Shown here piece after piece: positions 53,669 through 64,000 of a stretch of 64,000 nucleotides of DNA. This stretch comes from Callorhinchus milii (Eukaryota), in NCBI RefSeq assembly GCF_018977255.1, contig NW_024704746.1:40920001-40984000 (forward strand), in the 5' to 3' direction. A program made the position numbers and the translations under genes. Positions within the stretch are counted from its first letter, which is position 1. Every line of letters starts with the position of its first letter. A model generated the notes under the pieces. The model was not told the DNA's origin, searched no databases, and saw only the letters and a program-made list of their open reading frames with translations.

Positions 53669-54829
53669 AACATGTGGGACATTTATTGAAACCATAATGG
53701 ATTAAAAATTACTCAAAGAAAAGAACACACATTATATCATAATAGAGAAATATAATACCTGGTCTTGTGTGCAACAACACAATGCAATAGAAATTTGATA
53801 TACAATTTACTCTTCACTATGTATTTCACAGTTGCATTTTTTCAGCAAATAACAATTTGAACTTCACAATGTCTGCGTACCACTTAAGGAAGGTTCCTTG
53901 ATAACTCCACCAAAATTTTCAAGCAGAATTTTGAAAAAGTCATAACCTCTCCAACCTCATATCAGAATAAACCATATCATGTTCATTTTCCAGCATAGCT
54001 GTTCCTATTTTTTTATTTCAAAATATCTAAAATTGCATTGTATGGTATAATTGAAGCACATTAGTCAGAAGCCATTGGATATAATGATTATCCAACAGAC
54101 GAGTCCAATACAAAAACACGTAACTGACTCACTCAAGAGTTATTAGTTTGTGTGTGCGATAAATATCATTCGCAACATGGATATCAATCTATACCCAAAA
54201 TGGGACACTCTCAACAATCATACAGGTGACAAACTTGAGCTTGCATTTAACCTGGCTCTCCTTTTACATAACAACACAGCTCAGGTGAGATACACACAAC
54301 AGTAGGTCTTAATAGGAGCTATACTGCTGACTCCTTCCTATAGGTATTAAAGAATTGGAACAAGGTGAAAATGGGCTTGCTGCCAGTACTCTGTAAAGAG
54401 CTGAGGCAATTTCTATTTAACCTTGGAGTTTGCCCCATGGTTATGAGGCAAGAAAACAAAGCAGTATCTGTACCAAGCATTGGGTCACTTTGTGCAAGAT
54501 ATAGGACCCAGGAGCTAAGATCCAAAGTAAATCTGCTATTACAGAGAAAACTGCACTGCCTTCTTCAAGTACAACTGGGTGTTGCTATGTGCTGGAACAG
54601 CGCACTTTCACCTTTGAGACTTGTCTCCAAGTCCAGTCTAGACTACTCAGATTGCTGTCAGGGGTCATAAGTAAAATGAGTTTGAGACACACTCAGTTGA
54701 ATTCCAATGAACAGGAGTCCATAGCACATAACAGTCAATAATTCAACTGTAATTGGCCAATCTCACTCACCCATGTCATATGGATAGACTGTGGGAGGAA
54801 AATGAAAATGCCACTCAGTCTATTGACCT

Positions 54830-54985
54830 CTGCTGGAAATGTGCTTATGTGGCTGCTAGGCAAGGACAAGATTGGGCTTGGTTGCTATGTTCTGAATGGT
54901 TGAATAGTCTGTGAACTGGGTATGCACATGAAGAACAGTCACTTGGGTGAGGCTCCAGAGGGTGGCCTGCTCCTGTTGAATCCAT
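54830..54985 (+). repeat. Old dispersed repeat (third family); inverted copies at about 56840-56992 and 40590-40650
   Basis: gctgga...gcaaggaca...aatag...cacttgggtgag aligns with the reverse complement of 56840-56992. Confidence 0.6.
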
Positions 54986-56284
54986 TGCTTAAAATTAAAG
55001 GAAGGAAAAAAGAAAACTGGCACTCATTTTTTAATTTCCAATGGAGCTATACTGGAAAGTCTATATTGGAAAGTGAACAAGGCAAATCCTCTGCTGGGAA
55101 CAACAGGAAAATGATAGATAGATCCAGTACGAGTCAGAGAGTTAGTGCAGGACTCTCTTACTCATGCTGAATGGCCACTTCTTATGCTGAAATTTCTATA
55201 AATATTACATTATACTGCATGGAGTTTGTCAAATAAAGATGCTTATGCATATATTTCACCAAACATTAGGAATATGCTGATATAAAAAGAGATTAATGAT
55301 AATATTCACGTGTAAATCTAAATGGGGTGGGGAGTAAACAGAGATGCAGTCTGAATTTAAGGGGCATTGTATGTTTTGACTTGAGGAAGCTCTGAACTGT
55401 ATCCAGTTCATTTTATGCCTGCCCTGGGTATAATTGGTGATAACACTCAGTACAAAGAAACCATATTCCATTCCACTGTCGTCATTAGAAAATATATTGT
55501 TTGAATTGAAAAGCCCAGGAGTTGTGTCATTGTTTGGATAAGAATGCCAACAGTAATGAGGTACTTGTGCAGTCATTCATGCCTCTGTGCAAATCATTCT
55601 TCGAGGGCAACAGGCAGACGTATAGTTAGCTGGAGCTTGAGGTCAACTGGATGACCTCACATAGTCTGAAGTAAGATGATGTCTTCTTAATGGTTTGTTC
55701 AGGTTGTCTAATAAAGATGCTTGTGCATATTACATTATCCAGACATGAGGAACATTTATCATCTTTATGCTGATTTAAAGAGAGCTTAATGACAATATTC
55801 AAGCATTAACCTAATTATTGGGGAGGGGGAGTAAATAGGGGCATTCGTCATTTTAATAAAAATGAGTTATTTTAAGGGCGCTTAATGTCTGTATTGAAAT
55901 CATTACATATCCAGAGAGATAGAAACAGAAAGCATTTGACTACACTCGACTAACTGGTCAGACTGAATCGAAAAGTTGGTAACAATCACTTAAAATCCCC
56001 AATCGAATCAATTTACAATCAGCTTTCAACCCGCACAAGCAAATACACCCAGCAATTATGTGTTTGTGACATGAAATGACTGGAAATAGAAAGATGCACT
56101 TCAAGCCAGTATTAGTGAGCTAGAATAGAATTCCAAGAAATGTCAGGCCAAATAAATACCCTTATATGATACAACAAGAGATCAAATAGTTTGCTCACAA
56201 TGTTTTCCAGTGACTTAAGTCATACCAATTGTGTGAATTATCTAAAGATGTCTGAATTGCCTTGGAAAGATATTGTGTACTTAC

Positions 56285-56346
56285 CTTATCCTCCAATCGG
56301 ATCAGTCTGGCTCCCACGGTGTAGTAACCCTTGTCTAGACCCTTTT
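56285..56346 (-). CDS. KCNQ1: KCNQ1-type channel, exon 15 equivalent (start of helix D tetramerisation coil)
   Basis: tttttatatag|AA AAG GGT CTA GAC AAG...GAG GAT AAG|gtaagt; 62 nt; (E)KGLDKGYYTVGARLIRLEDK vs human [21 protein letters not shown]. Confidence 0.95.
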
Positions 56347-57920
56347 CTATATAAAAAGTCAAGGAATTAAATTTAAAAAGTATATAGGTTTTAAAATATC
56401 TTGCTACTGCAGTTAAAGTGGAAATAAAGTATTACGCTCTTCTATTTTCACAATACACTTTACAGTATGTTCTGTGAAGCACTTTGAGACGTCTCGAAGA
56501 CGTGATAAGGCACTATATAAAATGCAAGGATTATTATCGTTATTATTATTTTAATGTGTCAATATTTGGCATAATCTGCCCTGGCTGTCATAACGCAGAT
56601 AGTATTTTCCAGTGGTGTGCGGGACCGGAATTTAGCTCAAAGCCTGCCCAAACCTCACTGATGATGGTCACAGGGATGAATTCCTACTACAGCAGGTCGT
56701 ATAACATGAACTATTCTTAAAAATTGTTTTTACAGCATCATTGTTCATATAATTTCACATGCTGTTACTCAAAGAAACAGATGATGATGACCCATTTAAT
56801 GCTATACTCATAAGAGTGAAGACACCAGACTCCCTTTTCCTTCTACTGGGGCATGCTTTCAAAGGATACTTCACCAAAATGGCTATCATTCAAGTATGTA
56901 CCTGACAGTGAGAACTGGCAAGCTATTTGGTCGTGTTGCATTAAGTCTGCTCCTGTCCTTGCTCAATGTCAAGACAGGTGCACCTCCAGCGCACTTCACA
57001 AATCATTGGACTATGATCAGTAATGGGAACCCTGATTGATTTTCACTCCTAAAATAGTACCTGAGACTTCTCGTAGCTTTCATGACAAACCCATTGAAAG
57101 CACCACAAATAAAATTAGTATTACTGTACTTCTGAAGTGATATTCTTTTCAGTTCTTCATTTGAAATTGTTTCAGGACAAACAAGCATTTTTTTAAATAA
57201 AAAGTTATTTTGGTAAAATGCTTACAGCTTACACAGTCCTCTGATGGTAAAAAGTACTGTGTGATCAGTCAGAAGAATTGGGAAACCAATAGCTTCGAGA
57301 AGTACAGCGAGTAATAAAGATTGAAGTGTTAACTCTGCTGCAATTGCGAGTCGGCTGAATGCCTCTTTTACTTTATAGACGTATTTGGAGAGTTTTGAAC
57401 AAAAAATTTCATTCAAGGGCTTAAGAGGATGTTCGTTTTGGCAAATATTGCTACAGTGTATTTCAGGACGTTCTCAAGCAACCTGCAATAAAGAGATGTT
57501 TCAGGCATCACCTTGAAGAGGCATTTTTATGGCTATTATCAGTTGGTAGGGAATTGTGTTCAGCCCCGCTGCAGGCCTTGCAAGGGGAAGGCATGGCAGA
57601 TAGATTCAAAGTGCATAAGTGTATACTGTACATTGTCTATATCTTTGTGAAAAACATCATTGCAGCTGTTAAATTACTTACACAACACTATATTTTTGGA
57701 AACTGATGGGTATCATTAGCAAAGGCTAAGAGTATTCTTCCCTCTTTCTTTACCTTTTTTAAAACACAGATTTCTTCCTCAATTGACAATATTGGTTAAA
57801 AGTATTGTTTCCAGCCTTGGACATATATATGTCCCAAACTGCTGCACAAATCTGTGAGGTCCATTGAAAGATAATTTTATTAATCACAAGCAACCACAGT
57901 AGTAAGACTGGATTCCTTAC

Positions 57921-57961
57921 CTGAAAGAAATAGCGCAGGCTTTCCTAGGGAATTGTCCAAT
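57921..57961 (-). CDS. KCNQ1: KCNQ1-type channel, exon 14 equivalent
   Basis: ttctttcatag|A TTG GAC AAT TCC CTA GGA AAG CCT GCG CTA TTT CTT TCA G|gtaagg; 41 nt; LDNSLGKPALFLS vs human LDQSIGKPSLFISVS; phases fit both neighbours. Confidence 0.95.
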
Positions 57962-58215
57962 CTATGAAAGAAACGTAAAGTTGCTTTGTATCTGTGCAGA
58001 GCTAACAAGTACTCTTACGTTGCCTTATTATATGTTGTCTTATTATACTGCCATAGATCTCAGCCCAGTTTGCTCAAGTTTCTGTTTTTTCAAGCACTCA
58101 TTACTCAAACTTATTTGTTGACTTGCGAAGGCAAATTTGCCATATTTTCTCACCATTGTTATGCTATTGAGTGTAACGCAATGCAAATGCATCAGAAGAG
58201 CTTTGCAGCACTTTA

Positions 58216-58326
<111 letters not shown>

Positions 58327-59055
58327 ACNAAAAAAAGGTCAGTGATTTTAGCTGAAAAATAATATTTATGCACCATAATTGAGTAATGGTTGTCAAGTGT
58401 TGAAAAGTTAAAATGATGTCCCATTGGCTCAAAAGCAATTTGACTGTTCCTACACTACCTCTCTCATGCCTCTCTTCCCATTAACTCAGTATCTGGCATT
58501 GTTGCTCCAAGACGTTCCCCTATCTATCCTCCTGAGGCATTACCCTGCCAAACCTTGACACTCATCAACCTGCACATAATATTCTCAGGTAAGTGTCCCT
58601 CCAGGGAGAGAGGTACTCCTCTCCTTCCTCCCCACCTCCCATTGAAATTGACTCAATCTATTTGCCTGAATAATGTAGTGGAATCCGAAAACTGAAATAA
58701 TCCTTAATAAGTATCCTTAATCCTTAAGTAATAACAAATTATGTCAATCTGTTGTCACGTAAAATCGGAGCAAGCTTGTGTAACTACAGCTTCAGATGCT
58801 TCACGCGCAAGTCAAAAAATGTGTGTGGTATTATCCCATCTCTTCTTCATAATCTTTTTCTCAAGTGAAGGTGGCAGCCAGTAACATAGATATATCAAAT
58901 GCTTTTCATCGTCAGTGAATTAACAGAGGAGTAAAATTTGAACTCTAAAGCCCTATTTCCCATCTTGCTAAGTTCTGAAGTGACCTAACTGCAGCCATGT
59001 TGTACACTGGAGTTTAATCAAGAGCAGTATCTGGATGCTGATTTTACTATCTCAC

Positions 59056-59131
59056 CTGAAATTTTCTCCTGGCTACAAAATACTGCATACGTCTAATGAC
59101 TTTTACAGCTGCTCTGTGCGCTTCCGTCAGT
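59056..59131 (-). CDS. KCNQ1: KCNQ1-type voltage-gated K+ channel, exon equivalent to human exon 12 (helix B, CaM-binding)
   Basis: Minus strand ttacag|A CTG ACG GAA...AAA TTT CAG|gtgaga; 76 nt; [25 protein letters not shown] vs human [25 protein letters not shown]; same length and phase as human exon 12. Confidence 0.96.
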
Positions 59132-59674
59132 CTGTAACACAATGGGAAATTGATATTAAATGCTTAATGTTAAATCCATTACAAAGAAAGTTTCCCTAAA
59201 GAATATTCTCACATCGCAAAACTTTAATTGTTGAGTTTCCCCACGTATCGGGAATTTTGCCAGCTGAAATTCGCTGGGTAGAAAATTGAAACATTGGCAA
59301 AAAATATTTTTGGTTCATTTTTCAGTCCGATGTTATTTCCCAATCAATTTTTGAGTTGACCACCGCTAAGTGTGGAATTAAAGCTCAAACAAGGTTTAAA
59401 AGCTACAAAGTCTGCAGAAACAAAGGAAAATGGTATTAGAAAATGAGTGTTATAATGCATTTCATCAATGCTATTTCTTCCTGTGAATAAATCAAGTGAT
59501 TATTTTCTACACTGCTGTGCACAATTGCCTGCCGTGTTTTGCCCACAAAATATTCAGTCAATTCACTTTACAGTATATAGAAGTGATAAGGCACTAAATC
59601 AAATGCAAGGATTATTATTATTATTACTTTGCTGATCAAATTGCTTCCTGCTTGTCCATTCAGAGCCACCCTAA

Positions 59675-59905
59675 CCATTAAGGCTTTGGCTTGCAAGATT
59701 AACAGGAACAGATTGGAAAGAAACCCTGCCCTGAGTGATTAGTCTGCCTCTTCAAGTGTTGTCTTCGAACAAGGCTAGTTGGTCTATCATCAGCGATGCC
59801 TTGGAGTATCTGGCTCAGGAACCGGACGACTGAGACCATAACATAGGAGCGGCATGATTTTGATATTGCATTACCAGGCACAGCTCAGCTCTAAAGTGAA
59901 TCTGA
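59675..59905 (+). repeat. Unclassified dispersed repeat, copy 2
   Basis: See 52812-53060. Confidence 0.75.
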
Positions 59906-62359
59906 ATGAACACCAATGACTGCTGTTTAAACCTTCTGTAAGTATGATTTTCAGTATCTATTAACGGAAAATCGGTTAGATATTGCACGGCATATATTTT
60001 TCCCTCTATAAATTCCACTCAAAGTACTTTTCCACTGACACCTGGAACAGAACTCAAGTTTTTGTTCTCAAGCTTAAGAAAAAACACACAAATTTCAACA
60101 GGTGCTGGCTGCCGGAGGGAAGAGAAGCTCAGGCTGGATTAGTGGATGTATAGACTTTTGTCATTAATGACAGACTTGCAAAGTGTTTGCAGAATTTTGA
60201 AGACGAATTATTGTACTGTTGGCAAATTATGGATCAATTTAAATCAATTTAAATCAGTGCTTTCTAAAACAATTCTTACTATTCCTATCAGCTGGGCAAA
60301 TAGTTCATATCTAGTGTTAAGTCAACAGACAACTACTGTACTTTGGAACATTTAGCTAAACTGTCATCTGTGAAGGATTCTTTAGGAATTAGCAAAATGA
60401 AGGTGAAAACAAAGGTAGATAAAAATGACTAGTGAACAGCTATTCTCAATCAGGATCACAGGTAGAAAGTAGGACCTCATCAAAAAAAATCTTACACTGT
60501 TGACCGCAGGGTCTATTTTGTAACATTCACAACCTGGATTTGATGCATTATTTGCAATATCTGGGTTGGAGCATCCAATATTACAATATTCGCAATCAGC
60601 AAATACCAGGGATGAGGAAAGTTTGTGCAATATTTGGCCTGTGAGCAAAATAATCAACCACTTACTTGGTGTCTTTCTTTAGACTTTGGAATTTAGTGGG
60701 TCACAGGCCACATATTTCACAAATGGAAAGTTGCAATTAATGCAATTAAATAATCAATTAATTTGTTAATTAGTTCAATAGTCCATCAAAAACTCCCCAG
60801 CTTATCAACTCCCTCAAGATATCCACCATTGCTTCACAAATCTCCTTCCTTGCATTGGGTCCAGCTCATTCTTTTCCAAGGAATTTATTGTTTATCAGAA
60901 AATCTGAAAGTAACTCAATTTGGTCCACTTTAAACTACTTTCAACTACAACACCACCACCGACAACAACTCGCATTTATATAGCACTCATGTAGGATAAG
61001 CGCTTCACAAAGATACTATTGGTTGCCAAGTAAGAGAGAGGGGGCACACGGGTTAGGTTTAGTTGGTGCAGTCAAAGGGGGGTGTTTTTCGGTAGTATTT
61101 AAAAGGCAGATAGAGAGGGGTTTCAATGATGAAAGAGAATTCCAGAGGTTAGGGACGTAGAAGCTACCTTTCAATGTTACAGTCAGGAACCTCAAGAGAG
61201 AACAATATGTTTTAAAATATGTTTTACGTATCTGTGGCAGGGGGAGCAAAGTAGTTAATTAAACCAGATAACACAAACCTTTTACTGTAATCGTAATTGT
61301 GAAGAGGTACTGGAAGATGGAGAGTGCTGTAAAACAACACTATGAGATTGAATGTTGGACATGCTGCTTCATTGCTAAGATTGACACTTTACAGCACTTC
61401 AGAATTCTCTTGTGTGCCAGGATTGTACTAAAATACACAGAGAATCAGTCTCATTATACTCTGCTTCCAGATGGAGACACATACATACCAATCTGGGTAT
61501 TTTAGTTTGTTCAGGTGTCGTGAATTAAAGTGACTATTTAATGCCCCCTTTGATCATAGACTATAGAAAGTAAGGGCCACTTCTGCGAGGTCAATTGCAC
61601 TGCTTTGAAGTAATTTGTAACTGAGTTTAAAGAGACTGGATTTACAGTATGAGCATGTTTTTTATTATGCACTCTAGCTTCTAGACCAGAGCTGAAAACA
61701 TCTTGCCCTGCATTATTTTCTACATCTGAACCATTTAAAAGCATTAAAAACATTATTTTCTGCTGAGATTATTTTTAGCAAAAGGCAAAAGTTTAGATAT
61801 TCAAGGAAGGGAAAAATACCGATTGATTGTATTAAAATCATCAAATTTGAAAAATGATTCACAGTGTGATACCCGAATCTCATTCTCAGCTAAAAAAAAA
61901 TTCAGATACTTGGGTAAAATAGAATTAAAATAGAAATAGAATTAACCAGCATTAAAATGTTTAACATTAGTAAATTAGGCTCACTGCCTGAAAGTTCTTT
62001 ATGTGTCAGGTTGACACAGTTGGTAGCACTCTTGACCCAGGGTCAAAAGGCTGGCGCTTGAACTCACCGTCTAGGTTGATAGACAAGTATATTTTTGGAG
62101 GTGTCATACATCAATGACATTAAGTTCTCAGGTAAACATTAAAGATCCTAGGGAGCCCTGGACAATAATAATCTAGATAAAATTGATCATTCACCTCATA
62201 ATTATTTAAGGGACGCTGCTGTACATATCATGTAAAAAAACATTTTTTAAACAGTCAGCTTCCAAATTAAGACTGAATTTGAGAATTAAATTAAATGGGA
62301 CTGAGTAACTATTCCCAAAACAATACTTTCAGATGCTCATAGAGAGCAGAACATGATTA

Positions 62360-62595
62360 CGGTTGCAAAGGAAACTTTTATGACAGGCATCCAGAGATAT
62401 TTCTTTACCTAGAAAGGAATTAACGACTGGAACAGATTACTATCAAGGATTGTGGAGGTCATGACACTGGACTAGTTTAAGAAATAGCTTGATAACTGTG
62501 ATGGAAAACTATGATGGAGGGTGGGTATTCTGGAAGGAATGAGATTAAACGGGTTGTAGGGCCTTCTTTTTCCAAACCTCTCTTGTGATCTTATT
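62360..62595 (+). mobile_element. CR1 3' end fragment
   Basis: agatatttctttacc...aacgactggaacagattac...tttaagaaatagcttgat...gggccttc. Confidence 0.8.
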
Positions 62596-62799
62596 TTTTT
62601 TAATGGTCTTATGGGCTAAAACTAAGAAGAACGTAAAGCCCCAAATGGCTGCAAACACTAGTTATTAGTTGTCAATTACTGTAACACACTTTAAGGCTTT
62701 GACATGTACAATTCTATAAAAATGCAAGTTCTTTCTTAAATGTACATTGCAAGTGTCCAGTGGACTATTCCAATGCCCTCCTCACTGCTCTCACCAGCT

Positions 62800-63293
62800 C
62801 CACCATACACAAAATGTAATCAATTCAAAACTCCGCTGCCCAGATACTCACCCACACAAAATTGTAGCCCCATCACACCAGTTCTTGCCAGATTTCACTG
62901 GCTCCCAATTACTGAACTGATCGATTTCAAATCCCTTCGTGCCCTCGCACCTCGCTACCTATCCGATCTGCTTAACCCCCACACCACTACCCGCAACCTC
63001 TGCTTGTCTGCCTCCGGCCTCCTGTTTGTCCCTCGTCCCCTCCGCTCCACCATTGGTGGCCGTGCCTTCAGCCACTACACCCCGAAACTCCAGAACTCTC
63101 TCCCTCAATCTGTCCGCCTCGGCCCCTCTCACCCCACTTTCAAATCCCGCCCAAAGACTCTCTTTTTTGATTGTGCTTACAGTCACCTCCCTCCTCCCTC
63201 TCCCCAGGGTTTGGCGCCAGACTCCGCCACTGTCAAGCACTCCTGGGACGCTACACCACGGAAGAGCACTATATAAATGCAAGTTGTTGTTGT
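62800..63293 (+). mobile_element. L2 LINE 3' end
   Basis: ITPVLARFHWLPI..IDFK...STIGGRAFSHYTPKLQNSLP; tail tataaatgcaagttgttgttg. Confidence 0.92.
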
Positions 63294-64000
63294 ATTAACT
63301 CTCCAAACACAGTCCATTTGGTTCAGATACAAAAGAACTAAACTAAATGCAATTCTGCCCTGGGGTTATAATAAGGGTCATCCTCAGTCAGTTCATGTTA
63401 CATTACATGCTTTACTCATCCAGTTATTTATGAATTTCAGCTGAAATCAGCAGGAGGTTTGCAGAAAACATTTATACCAGGCAGAAAACAATATTCTGGA
63501 TTGAAGGCCAGATGAACACAGAATGGAAAATGCTGGAAACAGGACATGTGCAAATAAACACCAGATAGCAAATTAACATTTTACCTTGTGCACTCAATGA
63601 GATGCTACAATTCTGATGAAAATGTAAAGCAAATGCAAAATCTGCAGCGCTAGAACACAAACAACATGTCTTTTTGTTTTGCAGAACAAAGGAGGCATTG
63701 AATAAATGATAAACCCAGAAAGGAACCCCATGGAGTCAATGGACTTCGGTATTTATTTGATAAATAGATCCCCAGAAAAGATATAGATCTATAAAGGAAT
63801 TTCTATTTAGCTGTTAACTCTATGAGAACATGAATATTTAAACATATTTATATCAAAGCGTTATATAATGTTATATAATTGGGCAATTTAATTCCAGAAA
63901 ATGACAACATTTCTTTTGAGTGTTTAGAGAACACTTCCCCTTAAAATATAGATCTACAGTAATTCCTATCTCTCTGAATGATTATGCACACATTAAGGTC

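Noticed and set aside
60661-60720. Candidate KCNQ1 exon 11 (GTAAGT donor, PVTH-like motif)
   Set aside because: In-frame stop in the required phase; other donors at about 60493, 61980 and 63582 also fail, so exon 11 probably lies beyond 64000
62740-63298. Longest ORF in the track (178 aa)
   Set aside because: Decayed L2 ORF2 C-terminus, not a host gene

Overview
Vertebrate, repeat-rich, mostly intronic DNA (about 40% GC by eye). The repeat set points to a cartilaginous fish, most likely a chimaera such as Callorhinchus (inference): tRNA-headed Deu-domain SINEs ending in AAATGCAAGGA(TTA)n, a HER1/CR1-type 3' end, and L2 LINEs. The only protein-coding gene I can support is a KCNQ1-type (Kv7.1) potassium channel on the minus strand. 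Four consecutive C-terminal exons (59131-59056, 58311-58217, 57961-57921, 56346-56285) splice in frame to ...[91 protein letters not shown]. None is recovered by the ORF track. The divergent helix C-D linker suggests a second KCNQ1 paralogue. I found no convincing final exon, so 1-56284 may be one very long intron. The rest is SINE, LINE and DNA-transposon debris plus several hairpins. I see no prokaryote-type system (CRISPR, operon, defence island). The best leads are the paralogue and missing-exon question, a SINE subfamily with a shared 5' leader, a candidate antisense spliced exon pair, and several hairpins. Repeat boundaries are approximate, read by eye.
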